DNA from: Sphingopyxis sp.
GTDB lineage: Bacteria > Pseudomonadota > Alphaproteobacteria > Sphingomonadales > Sphingomonadaceae
NCBI GenBank assembly: GCA_040080745.1
Contig: JBEBHS010000001.1
Span: forward strand, 69,469-133,468
Length of the DNA: 64,000 nucleotides
Direction of reading: 5' to 3'
Part shown: piece after piece, positions 10,939-21,156 of the stretch
Numbering within the stretch: position 1 is the stretch's first letter
Layout: each line of letters begins with the position of its first letter
Translations under genes and position numbers: made by a program
Notes under the pieces: model-generated
What the model was told of the DNA's origin: nothing
The model's database searches: none
Seen by the model: only the letters and a program-made list of their open reading frames with translations

Positions 10939-11994
10939 ACCGCACCCCGTAAAGTTGCGCTGGTTACCGGAATTACTGGCCAGGATGGTGCCTATCTGGC
11001 ACAATTGCTGCTGGAAAAGGGCTATGAAGTGCACGGTGTCAAGCGCCGGTCCTCGTCGTTCAACACGGCACGGATAGAGGATATTTATCAGGACCCGCAC
11101 ATCGCCAATGCGCGCTTCTTTCTCCATCACGGCGACATGACCGACAGCACCAATTTGATCCGCCTGGTTCAGGAAACACAGCCGACCGAAATTTACAACC
11201 TTGCTGCGCAAAGCCATGTCCAGGTCAGTTTCGAGACGCCCGAATATACCGCCAATGCCGACGCCATCGGCACACTCCGCTTGCTGGAGGCGATGCGTAT
11301 ATTGGGTATCGAAAAGACCTGCCGTTTCTATCAGGCGTCAACGTCCGAGCTTTACGGTTTGGTGCAGGAAGTGCCGCAGCGCGAAACCACGCCTTTTTAC
11401 CCGCGTTCCCCCTATGCCGCCGCCAAGCTTTACGCCTATTGGATCGTCGTCAATTATCGCGAAGCCTATGGCATCCATGCATCGAACGGCATCTTGTTCA
11501 ACCACGAAAGCCCGCTGCGCGGCGAGACATTCGTCACCCGCAAAATTACCCGAGCCGCCGCCGCGATCAGCGCCGGTGTGCAAGACAAGCTCTATCTCGG
11601 CAATCTCGATGCAAAGCGCGATTGGGGCCACGCCCGCGAATATGTGCGCGGTATGTGGATGATGGTGCAGCAAGACGAGCCGGACGATTATGTCCTCGCC
11701 ACCGGAGCGACTACGCAAGTGCGGCAATTCGTCGAATGGGCATTTACCGATGTCAACATCACGCTCGAATGGCGTGGGTGTGGTGTCGAGGAAAAAGGAT
11801 ATTGCACCGCGACCGGGCGGTGCCTGGTCGAGGTCGACCCGCGCTATTTTCGCCCTACGGAAGTTGAACTGTTGATCGGCGATCCGGCCAAGGCACACCA
11901 GAAACTGGGCTGGAGACACGAAACCTCGGTACGCGAACTGGCGCGCGAAATGGTGGCCGCCGATGTCGAGGAACTCCGCAGGCGGCGGGCGTAG
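10939..11994 (+). CDS. gmd: GDP-mannose 4,6-dehydratase
   Basis: Collinear with E. coli Gmd as I recall it ([67 protein letters not shown]). Start at MTAPRK by alignment; an upstream ATG at 10897 is possible. Confidence 0.95.
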   Translation, partial: TAPRKVALVTGITGQDGAYLAQLLLEKGYEVHGVKRRSSSFNTARIEDIYQDPHIANARFFLHHGDMTDSTNLIRLVQETQPTEIYNLAAQSHVQVSFETPEYTANADAIGTLRLLEAMRILGIEKTCRFYQASTSELYGLVQEVPQRETTPFYPRSPYAAAKLYAYWIVVNYREAYGIHASNGILFNHESPLRGETFVTRKITRAAAAISAGVQDKLYLGNLDAKRDWGHAREYVRGMWMMVQQDEPDDYVLATGATTQVRQFVEWAFTDVNITLEWRGCGVEEKGYCTATGRCLVEVDPRYFRPTEVELLIGDPAKAHQKLGWRHETSVRELAREMVAADVEELRRRRA

Positions 11995-12005
11995 GGTCTG
12001 GGCGG

Positions 12006-12992
12006 GTGGCCAGTTTCGACCTTGCGGGCAGGAAAGTCTTTGTCGCCGGTCATGCCGGGATGGTTGGCGCAGCGCTGGTGCGGCGACTGGAGCGCGAAGA
12101 TTGCGTACTGATCACCGCGACGCGCCATGAGCTTGACCTGACACGTCAAAGCGAGGTGGAGATTTGGTTCGCCGCTAACCGCCCCGAGGCGGTGTTCTTG
12201 GCCGCAGCGCGCGTCGGTGGCATCCACGCCAACAATACACGGCCCGTCGATTTTCTGCGCGACAATATGTTGATCGAAACCAACGTCATCGACGCCGCGC
12301 ACCGCAATGGTTGTGCCAAGCTGATATTCCTCGGTTCGTCGTGCATCTATCCCAGGCTGGCCGCGCAGCCGATAACCGAAGATGCGCTGCTGACCGGTCC
12401 GCTAGAACCGACCAACGAATGGTATGCCGTGGCCAAAATCGCCGGCATTAAACTCTGTCAGGCCTATCGGCGGCAATATGGCTGCGATTTCATCGCTGCG
12501 CAGCCGACAAACCTTTATGGCCCCGGTGACAATTTCGACCTGAGTATCAGCCACGTCCTCCCCGCTTTACTGGTCAAGGCGCTGGCCGCGCAGGCCAATG
12601 GCGATACCAGCCTGCCGATCTGGGGATCGGGGACACCGCAGCGCGAGTTCATGCACGTCGATGATCTGGCCGATGCGCTGGTGTTCCTTGCCAAAAATTA
12701 TTCGGAAGAAGCGCACATCAATGTCGGCAGCGGGCAGGAAGTGACGATCCGCGAGCTGGCCAAGATGATTGCGGCGCTGGTCGGCTTCACCGGCACATTA
12801 GCATTCGACACCTCAAAACCCGACGGCACGCCGCGCAAACGGATCGATTCATCACGGCTCCAAGCGCTGGGCTGGTCGGCATCGATCAAACTCGATGCGG
12901 GGATTGCGTCGACCCTGACCTGGTATCAACAGCAGGTTGAATCGGGAGCAGATATCCGCGGGCGAACCGCCCCGGCGGCGATACAGGCGTGA
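12006..12992 (+). CDS. fcl: GDP-L-fucose synthase
   Basis: 328-aa ORF collinear with E. coli Fcl/WcaG (FLGSSCIYP, EPTNEWYAVAKIAGIKLC, PTNLYGPGDNF, SKPDGTPRK). Non-ATG (GTG) start at 12006. Confidence 0.93.
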   Translation: MASFDLAGRKVFVAGHAGMVGAALVRRLEREDCVLITATRHELDLTRQSEVEIWFAANRPEAVFLAAARVGGIHANNTRPVDFLRDNMLIETNVIDAAHRNGCAKLIFLGSSCIYPRLAAQPITEDALLTGPLEPTNEWYAVAKIAGIKLCQAYRRQYGCDFIAAQPTNLYGPGDNFDLSISHVLPALLVKALAAQANGDTSLPIWGSGTPQREFMHVDDLADALVFLAKNYSEEAHINVGSGQEVTIRELAKMIAALVGFTGTLAFDTSKPDGTPRKRIDSSRLQALGWSASIKLDAGIASTLTWYQQQVESGADIRGRTAPAAIQA

Positions 12993-14215
12993 TGGCAAAG
13001 CATCCTCAGCCCGCCCCCGCCATCTTCATTGTCAATCGTTTTTATTATCCAGACCATAGCGCCACCGCGCAGATCGCCAGCGATCTTGGTGCCTATCTTG
13101 CGACCCAGGGCTGGGGGGTGCGCGCGCTCGCCAGCCGATACCGCTACGAGTCGGGTGCACCCTTGCCCGCCACCGAAATCGCCGACAATGTCTCGATCCG
13201 CCGTCTGCCAAGCAGCGGATTTGGACGGAGGGGCAAGGTCGGGCGGCTGATCGACTATGCCAGCTTCACCCTGCTCGCATTCCTGCATATCCTGTGGCAT
13301 GCACGGCGCGGCGACATAGTCATCTGCAAAACCGACCCGCCGCTGCTGTCAGTCAGCATGGCTATCGCCTGCGGACTGCGCGGCGCGCGCCTGGTTAACT
13401 GGTTGCAGGATATGTTCCCCGAGATTGCCGCCGCGATGTTGCCGCGTGGCATCATCACCGCCCTGATATGGGCGCGTAACCGCTCGCTCAAAGCTGCGCG
13501 GCATAATGTGGTGATTGGCGAAGCGATGCGCGTGCGAATAGAGCGTGAAGGGGTTACGCCAGAGCGGATCACCGTCATCCCCAACTGGACCGACGAGGAT
13601 ATCACCCCGATTGCCGTCGCCGATAATGATTTGCGCCGCGCATGGGGGTTCGACGCGGACACGCTGGTTGTCAGCTATTCGGGTAATCTCGGCTTTGCGC
13701 ATGACTATGAGACGTTGCTGGGCGCGGCGGAGCAGATCGGCGAGAATCGCCTGATCCAGTTCCTGATGATCGGCGGTGGTGCGGGTTTTACAGCGCTGCA
13801 AGCCGAGGTGGCGCGCCGCAGCCTGGGCAATTTCCATTTTCGCCCCTATCAACCTCGCACTGAGCTTTCACACTCGCTTGGCGTTGGCGATGTCCACTGG
13901 CTGTCGCTGAAACCCGAGTTGGAGGGGTTGATCGTCCCCAGTAAATTATACGGGATATTGGCGGCGGGCCGCCCGTTCATCTTCATCGGCGATGGTGACG
14001 GTGAGGTCGGGCAATGCATCGCGCAGCATGGCGGCGGCACTGTCATCGCGGCGGGCGATGCGACAGGGTTGGCGGCGATTATCACCCGCCTCGCATCGGA
14101 TCGCAGCGAGCTCGCCGATCAGGCAGCGTGCGCGCTGGCCGCATCGCATCATTATCGGCGACCTATCGCGCTGGACCGCTGGAACAGCCTGCTCGCAGGG
14201 TTAGCGCCAGAGTAG
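12989..14215 (+). CDS. glycosyltransferase, GT4 (WcaI-like)
   Basis: 408-aa ORF. N-terminus FIVNRFYYPDHSATAQ resembles the WcaI subgroup. Start overlaps the fcl stop. Confidence 0.75.
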   Translation: MMAKHPQPAPAIFIVNRFYYPDHSATAQIASDLGAYLATQGWGVRALASRYRYESGAPLPATEIADNVSIRRLPSSGFGRRGKVGRLIDYASFTLLAFLHILWHARRGDIVICKTDPPLLSVSMAIACGLRGARLVNWLQDMFPEIAAAMLPRGIITALIWARNRSLKAARHNVVIGEAMRVRIEREGVTPERITVIPNWTDEDITPIAVADNDLRRAWGFDADTLVVSYSGNLGFAHDYETLLGAAEQIGENRLIQFLMIGGGAGFTALQAEVARRSLGNFHFRPYQPRTELSHSLGVGDVHWLSLKPELEGLIVPSKLYGILAAGRPFIFIGDGDGEVGQCIAQHGGGTVIAAGDATGLAAIITRLASDRSELADQAACALAASHHYRRPIALDRWNSLLAGLAPE

Positions 14216-15451
14216 ATTGACCGATTGAATCTCGATGAGGGTTTCGCTGGGGAACAGTGCCGCTTGTCCGATCAGGCTGAGATGCTGCGCGCGGCAGGTC
14301 GTGGGGATGACAATCTGTGCACTGGCGTGTTTCTGCTCCGCGCTCAATGCGGCCAGATCGAGCGTGCCAAGCACCGCAGCCGTGCCCGCGCAGCGGACTG
14401 TCCACGTCAGCCCTGCCCCCCTGATCGGGCGATCACCGCCATCGACGACCAGTATATAGCGCCCCGGTGGCATCACCAGCATCTGGCTGACCAATGTCAT
14501 GGCCCGTTGACCAGAGAATCGCACCTCAATGCCGCCACCATCAAGCGGGACAGCGCCATCGCCTCCGTCCTGACTCATCGTCCAGGCAAAGGGATGACCA
14601 CCAGGAAAATCGGTAAAGTCTGGCGCATTGACCTGCGGACGCGCTGGGCGATCGGCGGTGGGAAGTTGCCCGGTCCACAACGCATAAGCGCGATCATACG
14701 CACCGCGGCTAATCAGCGCGCCCAAAATTTCCTGCCGCGTGCCGGGGTCCGGATGGCGGATGAGGATGGCAGCAAATTGCTCCACCACCTGTGTGGGTAA
14801 GCGAGATCGCGCGATTTCTCCTGCCAGTTGCGCATGCCAGCTGCGCGGTTGCCGCAGGTTCTCCAACAAGGTCTGCCGCGCTTCCGGGTCATTGATCAGC
14901 AGCGCGATGAGCGGAACTGCAACCTGGCTATCCGCGGGCGCGATGCTCAAGAGTCGTTCAAAATTGTGCATCGCCTCTGGGAAACGGCGCGATAATGCGG
15001 CATCGACAATCTGCCAGGCACGCGCGCCGCGCGAACGCGGATCGCGCCGCAGCGCTTCGGTAATCAAGGGCCGCGCCGTTGCCCGCTTTGCGTTGCTGGT
15101 GGGATTGCCATTGGCCAGCACCAGTGCGTCGGCGCTGAGCGGTTCCTGTCCAAGCAGTTGGGCCGCGGCGGTTCGGCGACGCACTGGCTCACCGCCGCCC
15201 CGCATCCGCCCGCCTGCCTGTGCCTGCAGGTCCGCAGCCGCCAATTGTCGAAGCTCCAGCAGGCTGACCGCAGCGTCACCGCGCGTGGTGATGAACGGTG
15301 TATCGGGCAGGGCAACCGCATTGCCATAGCAAGATAAGACGGCATAGCAGCCGATGAGGAATACCCCGATCACCAGCGCCAACCGACCCATCACGGCGGG
15401 GGTCAGCGCAAATGAAGAATGCGCGCGTAAACGACGTTCATGACCGACCAC
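14201..15451 (-). CDS. membrane-anchored hypothetical protein adjacent to the Wzc-like kinase
   Basis: 416-aa ORF with one N-terminal TM helix (LALVIGVFLIGCYAVLSCYG), a helical middle and a beta-rich C-terminal part. I recognise no family. The start could be an internal Met. Confidence 0.5.
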   Translation of the reverse strand: MVGHERRLRAHSSFALTPAVMGRLALVIGVFLIGCYAVLSCYGNAVALPDTPFITTRGDAAVSLLELRQLAAADLQAQAGGRMRGGGEPVRRRTAAAQLLGQEPLSADALVLANGNPTSNAKRATARPLITEALRRDPRSRGARAWQIVDAALSRRFPEAMHNFERLLSIAPADSQVAVPLIALLINDPEARQTLLENLRQPRSWHAQLAGEIARSRLPTQVVEQFAAILIRHPDPGTRQEILGALISRGAYDRAYALWTGQLPTADRPARPQVNAPDFTDFPGGHPFAWTMSQDGGDGAVPLDGGGIEVRFSGQRAMTLVSQMLVMPPGRYILVVDGGDRPIRGAGLTWTVRCAGTAAVLGTLDLAALSAEQKHASAQIVIPTTCRAQHLSLIGQAALFPSETLIEIQSVNLLWR

Positions 15452-15457
15452 GGTGCG

Positions 15458-17689
15458 TCAATCCGCCAAAATCGGGAGCTTGCGACCGCCCTTTCCGGCC
15501 TTCCCACCCGTCGAGTCAGCGTAGAGATATTGATAGACACCGCTATAATAATAGCCGCCGCTATGCTGCGGAACGAAGGTCACCAGCGCACCGATGATGT
15601 TGGAGCCGCTCTGCATCAAGCGGCTCAATGCCCCCAGCACGACCTTGCGACGCGGCCCGCCCGAACGAACTACAAAAATCACCGCCTGGCATACGCCGCC
15701 GATCAACGGCGCATCGGCCAGGCCAAGAACCGGGGGTGCATCGACAATCACAAGGTCGTATACCTCTTCGGCGGCGCGAAGAACGTCGACCATCTTGCGG
15801 CTTGAGAGTAATTCGGTCGGGCTGGGCGGGACGGGTCCCGACGGAATGGCCCAGATATTATCGATGATCGTTTTTGTGACATGCAGTTCAAAGGCTGTAT
15901 CGCTGGTCAGCAATATCGACAGCCCGCTTGTGCTGTCTGATGTGCGGCCTTTGCCATTTTGCGTTGTCAGCGTCGGGCGGCGTAAATCGGCATCGATCAG
16001 CAAGACGCGTTTGCCATTTTTGGCAAAACTGCGTGCCAGCCCAAGCGCGGACGACGATTTTCCTTCGCCCGCCGTGGCACTGGTAAGCGCGATAGATTTG
16101 GGCGCTCCATGGCTAGTGGCAAAATCGATCGCCGCACGCGCGGAAAAATAGGCTTCGGAAACGGGTGACTGGCTGTCATCAGAAGCATCGACAAAGGATT
16201 TACCTTCATTCACTTCGGGAACGGCACCGAGCGCGGCAAGGCGCAGGCGATGTTTGATATCTTCCGGGCTCTTGATCGTATCGTCCATGATGAAGGCGAG
16301 GAACACGAGACCGCCGCCAAGCACCAATCCGCCGCCCAGTGCCAAAATCAGATTGAACAGCAGGTTTGGAGAAAAAGGGCGAGACGGCGGTGCCGCCGGA
16401 TCGACGGGCGAGGCAAGATCGCTGCCGATCTGGCCGGCAACCCCGATCTCCTTGAATCGTTGCAACAATGCGTCATAAAGTTGACGGTTAGTATCAACTT
16501 CGCGCTGCAAGATATTGTAATCGATGGAGCGGTTGCGCGTGTCGGTCAGGCGGCTAGACAATGATCCCACGCGGTCCCGCAATTCGTTTACCCGGGCCGA
16601 AGCTGCCTGATAATCGGCACGTAGCGCGCGCAGATATTGCCCTTCCTGACGGCCAAGTTCGCGTTGAATCTCGTTGATCCGCCCGCGCAATGCCTGTTGC
16701 GCAGGATAGCTATCCAGATATGTCTGCGATTGCTGCGCATATTCTGCCTGCAACTGTGCCAGCGTAGTGCGCATCGCCTGTGCCGCGCTGCTATCGAGTG
16801 CCGCGCGCGAAACGCCCGCAGCGCGCGCCTGTTCATAAACTTGTTGCGCGGCAATGCGTTCGTTCTCAGCCGTCGAGAGCGCCCCGGTTGTCGCCACCAG
16901 CAGCGTCGCATCGAGCGAACCGTTCGCGCTCGATTCCGAGCCTGTCGCCGTGTTGATCGGGTTGATCTCGATAATTCCATGCTGTTGCGCATAGGCCACC
17001 AGCGCGCGCTCAGACGTTTCCAGCGCGGTTTTCGCAGCGGCGACTCGCTCTGACAACAATTGCCGTGCCGAGGCCGTTGTCGCGACGCGGCGGTCGCTAT
17101 CCGAACGAATGAAGTTCTGAACATAACTGTTGGCAATCATCGCCGCAACCTGCGAGTCATTGCCGACAAAGCTGACATTGATCAACCGACTGTTGCCGAC
17201 CTGGCTGATCTTTATCCCTTGGGTGATATAGCGCAGCGCAGCGCCCTCGCGCGCTTCGCGCGTCAGGCCAGCGGGAAGGCCAAGCGCAGGGCTGCTCGCC
17301 AACCGCGTGTCGCGCGCCACGCGCACCGCCAGCGATCCACTGCGCAGCAGCGCAAATTGCGTTTCCATAAAGGTCGGATCGCGCACCGCGACCGCCTCAA
17401 CATCCGCACCTTCGAGCAATTCGACGCGCTGTTGTCTGATTTCGAGCGTCGCGTCCGCACGATAGAGCGGCGTTGCCAAAAAAGTATAGATGGCAGCAGC
17501 GAGCAAGCACAGCAAAAGCGCCCCCAGCATCAGCCACCGCCAGCGAATGAGCGCTGAAATCAGCGCTCCAGTGTCAAATGACGCGGCGTTAAACTGATTC
17601 TCGCCCTCGCCCTGACCCCAATCGACCGCATGATCGACCATTTGGCCGGACGAGTGGTTTAGACCGCGCGAAGTGTTGGCTGCATTCAT
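15458..17689 (-). CDS. polysaccharide co-polymerase / BY-tyrosine autokinase (Wzc/ExoP/GumC-like)
   Basis: 743-aa ORF with two TM segments flanking a long coiled periplasmic region. Walker A TSATAGEGKSSSA, Walker B-like LVIVDAPP and a C-terminal Tyr cluster GGYYYSGVYQYLYAD. Confidence 0.92.
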   Translation of the reverse strand: MNAANTSRGLNHSSGQMVDHAVDWGQGEGENQFNAASFDTGALISALIRWRWLMLGALLLCLLAAAIYTFLATPLYRADATLEIRQQRVELLEGADVEAVAVRDPTFMETQFALLRSGSLAVRVARDTRLASSPALGLPAGLTREAREGAALRYITQGIKISQVGNSRLINVSFVGNDSQVAAMIANSYVQNFIRSDSDRRVATTASARQLLSERVAAAKTALETSERALVAYAQQHGIIEINPINTATGSESSANGSLDATLLVATTGALSTAENERIAAQQVYEQARAAGVSRAALDSSAAQAMRTTLAQLQAEYAQQSQTYLDSYPAQQALRGRINEIQRELGRQEGQYLRALRADYQAASARVNELRDRVGSLSSRLTDTRNRSIDYNILQREVDTNRQLYDALLQRFKEIGVAGQIGSDLASPVDPAAPPSRPFSPNLLFNLILALGGGLVLGGGLVFLAFIMDDTIKSPEDIKHRLRLAALGAVPEVNEGKSFVDASDDSQSPVSEAYFSARAAIDFATSHGAPKSIALTSATAGEGKSSSALGLARSFAKNGKRVLLIDADLRRPTLTTQNGKGRTSDSTSGLSILLTSDTAFELHVTKTIIDNIWAIPSGPVPPSPTELLSSRKMVDVLRAAEEVYDLVIVDAPPVLGLADAPLIGGVCQAVIFVVRSGGPRRKVVLGALSRLMQSGSNIIGALVTFVPQHSGGYYYSGVYQYLYADSTGGKAGKGGRKLPILAD

Positions 17690-17710
17690 GGTGCAATTGA
17701 TACTCTAAAA

Positions 17711-18406
17711 TCAGAAAGGGCGGAAAATGGCGATGAGCGGCACGGTTGAGAGAAAGTCCCGGAACAATTGCCGCGAAGTCGAGCCATCGACATAGACGAT
17801 ATCTCCGGCATAAATCTCGGGGTCTGGGGCCAATCCGCCGCGAATATCGGTAAGATCAAACGCGGCGGCGTTTCGACGCCCGTCTATCTGGCGGAACACC
17901 ACAACACGGCGCGGGTTGGCGTTTTCGGTCAACCCCTGCCCCATCGCCACCGCACGCATCAACGTCATATTGCCTGAAAAAGCGTATATGCCCGGTGTGC
18001 GCAGCGACCCGTCGAGCGTCACGCGGCGCCCGATTTGCGTCTTGAAATTAACAACGGCGTCAGGGTGTCGCAAATAGCGTGCGGCCAGCCTGGTCTCCAG
18101 AAGTGTGCTGATTTCGGCGGTGGTCAGGCCCATGACGGCAACATCGCCAATCAGCGGCATCTGGAGATTGCCGCGCTCGTCGATGGTGTAATCACCCGAA
18201 AACTCTGGTGCAGCAAACACGCGCACCGACAATTCATCGCCAATCCCGGCGCGGTAAACTCGCGATTCTTCGAGCGCAGCAGGGATGTCGGGTGATCCGA
18301 AATCGGCAACGCCATAGGGAACCGGCCCGCCGCGGCTACCAGCGCAACCGGCAAGCAACAGGCACATCAAAATCGCAAAAGGCCGCATCCAAGACATTGA
18401 AATCAC
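17711..18406 (-). CDS. polysaccharide export outer-membrane lipoprotein (Wza-like)
   Basis: 231-aa ORF with lipobox LLAGCAG and a Poly_export-like motif (YRAGIGDELSVRVF), followed by an SLBB-like segment. Confidence 0.85.
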   Translation of the reverse strand: MISMSWMRPFAILMCLLLAGCAGSRGGPVPYGVADFGSPDIPAALEESRVYRAGIGDELSVRVFAAPEFSGDYTIDERGNLQMPLIGDVAVMGLTTAEISTLLETRLAARYLRHPDAVVNFKTQIGRRVTLDGSLRTPGIYAFSGNMTLMRAVAMGQGLTENANPRRVVVFRQIDGRRNAAAFDLTDIRGGLAPDPEIYAGDIVYVDGSTSRQLFRDFLSTVPLIAIFRPF

Positions 18407-18526
18407 AACGACCCTCGTTCTAAAATAATCTGTTCAGGCGGGCTGAATCATCGCCCAGATGCCCGCAAAACTAGCGGTACAGGACCCGTCTCTGCTAGAC
18501 GAACGCCCGCACAGGGTCAAGCGTAT

Positions 18527-19645
18527 CTACGCCACCGCAGCGTCAACAACTTTGCGTAGCCGCGCCGCAAATTGCGGCAATGCATAGTGGTTCAAGCGTT
18601 CCGGAATATGCTTTGCATCGTCCAAGCCCTCGATCAGCTGCTGCGCGAGAGCGTTGATATCGCCAGGGTCCACACCGCGCCCCATGCCCCCGTGCATGAT
18701 CGCTTCATAACCGCCATCGACGGTGCTGGACAGAACCGGAATGCCGCACGCCAGCGCCTCGATAAACACAAAGCCAAAGCCGTCGCCGCTGCTGGGCATC
18801 GCAAACAGATCGGCCAAGCGATAGAAATCGGCCTTGCGTCCCTCCGCAATTTCGCCAGCAAAGATCACATGATCGCCGATCCCCAGAGTGTCGGCCTTTT
18901 GCCTCAGGCGCTCGGCATCCTCACCGCGCCCGCCTATCACATAGAGCGCATCGGGCACCGCTTTGATGACGCGGGGCATCGCCTCGAGCATAGCATCGAA
19001 CCCCTTGGTGGCATTTTCAGGCATCCGCGCCAAGGTGAGGATGATGCGGCGGTCGCTTAAGTTAAAGCGCGCCATCAGATCGGCAGATTTTGGTGCCATG
19101 CCATAAAGCGACAGATCAACCGCATTGGGCAAAATATCGAGCGGCAACCCGGCAATAGGCGCGATTTCGGCAAAACGATCGGCCGTAAAGCGGCTTATGG
19201 AGGCGAGGCGCGTCACTTGCCGCAGCGCCCAGCGCGTCAATGGCCCGGGCGCGTCCTGCCACACCTCAAGCCCATAAATCATCAGCACCAACGGCACTTT
19301 GCGCAGCCTCGCGATCAAGGCGCACAGCGGGAGGAGGTTGATATGCGCGCACCAGATCAAATCGGCGCGCGGAGCGAACAGGCCATGGCGCAGCAGGCGC
19401 ACGATGAAGGCCAATTTCCCTTGCGCCGCCGCCGCATCAAAAATGACTTTCGCGGGAATATCGCCGAGCGATTCAGAAATCAGGCGTGGAACCGCCACTA
19501 TCTGATCGACTTGCGGCACGTCCGATAATGTGCGCAAAACGTCGCGGTTATACTGCGCAATACCGCCAAAGCCGCCGTAAGCGTCGGACAGCGGCATCAG
19601 GATGCGCAATTTTACACCCTTCGCGTGCAGGCCAGTCATGGGCAC
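18527..19645 (-). CDS. glycosyltransferase, GT4-like (paralog of 9598-10695)
   Basis: 372-aa ORF. It shares GGIAQYNRDVL, CAHINLLPL, LMIYG and the C-terminal GDGFGFVFIEALACGIPVLSS with the GT at 9598. Confidence 0.85.
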   Translation of the reverse strand: MPMTGLHAKGVKLRILMPLSDAYGGFGGIAQYNRDVLRTLSDVPQVDQIVAVPRLISESLGDIPAKVIFDAAAAQGKLAFIVRLLRHGLFAPRADLIWCAHINLLPLCALIARLRKVPLVLMIYGLEVWQDAPGPLTRWALRQVTRLASISRFTADRFAEIAPIAGLPLDILPNAVDLSLYGMAPKSADLMARFNLSDRRIILTLARMPENATKGFDAMLEAMPRVIKAVPDALYVIGGRGEDAERLRQKADTLGIGDHVIFAGEIAEGRKADFYRLADLFAMPSSGDGFGFVFIEALACGIPVLSSTVDGGYEAIMHGGMGRGVDPGDINALAQQLIEGLDDAKHIPERLNHYALPQFAARLRKVVDAAVA

Positions 19646-19666
19646 GCGAGGGCGCTGGCTTGACAG

Positions 19667-19759
19667 TGTGTCAAGTTAAGTAGCGGTAATTTATTATTAT
19701 TTTTCAAATACTAACCGTTCTTTACGACAGTGGTGGGAAACGCAATGTGTCAAGTTAAG
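19667..19759. repeat. perfect 14-bp direct repeat tgtgtcaagttaag (19667-19680 and 19746-19759)
   Basis: Read directly. The first copy is part of the palindrome cttgaca-gtg-tgtcaag. It lies in the AT-rich divergent intergenic region of the EPS locus. Confidence 0.85.
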
Positions 19760-19837
19760 CCCTCAGTTCAGGGGCACTATTACGCTGCGCGCAGATGACG
19801 AACGGGCTAAAAGAATGTTTCATATTCAACCGTCCGC

Positions 19838-19885
19838 ACATCATAGCCTACATCATAGCCTACATCATAGCCCACATTATAGCGC
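19838..19885. repeat. 12-bp tandem repeat, about 4 copies (acatcatagcct)
   Basis: acatcatagcct acatcatagcct acatcatagccc acattatagcgc, read directly. Confidence 0.9.
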
Positions 19886-20179
19886 ATCGCGGCACCTGTA
19901 GGACAGTGCGAAATTTGCCCCCCCTCGCTCCCTTCTATCGCGCGCGCTTTGAGTCATAGTATGTCAAAATTGTCGCACCTGCTGTCGCACCTACTATTGC
20001 GAACTATTGCCTGTAATGTTTTGCGATAGACAAAGATGGGTATTGCGTCGGCCGCTATGATCGCAATCACATTGCAAGGTGAATGCGCTTGTTGTCAAAT
20101 CGGCGTGCCACGCTAAGAGGACACGCTATCGCTGCAAGGCTATCCGCAATAGTGGCTTCATGGCCCCCAGAAACGATGA

Positions 20180-21148
20180 ATGGACGACATGGCACGACAA
20201 TATGATAGCGTGAAGCGGATTTTGGTGACGGGCGGGTCGGGCTTTGTTGGTTCGCACCTGATCGACCGGTTGCTTGAGATGGGGCACGAAGTGCTGTGTG
20301 TCGACAATCTGTTCACCGGGTCGAAACGCAACATCGCGCATCTGCACAACCACAGCCGGCTCGAGTTTATGCGCCACGACGTGTGTTTTCCGCTCTATGT
20401 CGAGGTCGACGAGATTTACAACCTCGCCTGCCCAGCCTCGCCGGTCCATTATCAGCACGATCCCGTCGCCACCACCAAGACCAGCGTGCACGGCGCGATC
20501 AACATGCTGGGCCTTGCCAAACGGTTGAAATGCAAGATTTTTCAGGCATCGACCAGCGAGGTTTACGGCGATCCCACCGTCCACCCGCAACCTGAGGATT
20601 ATTGGGGTAACGTCAACCCGATCGGCATCCGTTCCTGCTATGACGAGGGCAAGCGCTGCGCCGAAACGCTGTTTTTCGATTACCACCGCCAGCACGGCGT
20701 GGAGATAAAGGTCGCGCGGATTTTCAACACCTATGGCCCGCGGATGCACCCCGCCGATGGCCGCGTCGTTTCAAACTTCATCATGCAGGCGATCGAGGGC
20801 GAAGACATCACCATCTATGGCGATGGCTCGCAAACCCGCTCATTCTGCTATGTCGAGGATCTGGTCGAAGGGTTCATCCGCCTGATGGCGACCGGCGCTG
20901 ATGTGACCGGCCCGGTCAACCTCGGCAATCCGGTCGAGTTCACGATCCGCGAGCTGGCCGAACTGGTGATCCGCAAGACCGGCTCCAAATCGCGGCTCAT
21001 CACCATGCCGCTGCCCGCCGATGATCCGCGCCAGCGCAAGCCCGACATTGCCCAGGCCAGGGCGCTGCTCGATTGGCAGCCGAAGGTGCCGCTCGAAGAC
21101 GGGCTGGACCGAACGATCGATTATTTCCGTGGCCTGGCAAAGAAATAG
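20180..21148 (+). CDS. UDP-glucuronate decarboxylase (UDP-xylose synthase)
   Basis: 322-aa short-chain dehydrogenase. Motifs [26 protein letters not shown] and [10 protein letters not shown] (YxxxK) are typical of UXS. Confidence 0.88.
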   Translation: MDDMARQYDSVKRILVTGGSGFVGSHLIDRLLEMGHEVLCVDNLFTGSKRNIAHLHNHSRLEFMRHDVCFPLYVEVDEIYNLACPASPVHYQHDPVATTKTSVHGAINMLGLAKRLKCKIFQASTSEVYGDPTVHPQPEDYWGNVNPIGIRSCYDEGKRCAETLFFDYHRQHGVEIKVARIFNTYGPRMHPADGRVVSNFIMQAIEGEDITIYGDGSQTRSFCYVEDLVEGFIRLMATGADVTGPVNLGNPVEFTIRELAELVIRKTGSKSRLITMPLPADDPRQRKPDIAQARALLDWQPKVPLEDGLDRTIDYFRGLAKK

Positions 21149-21156
21149 GCGCGGCG

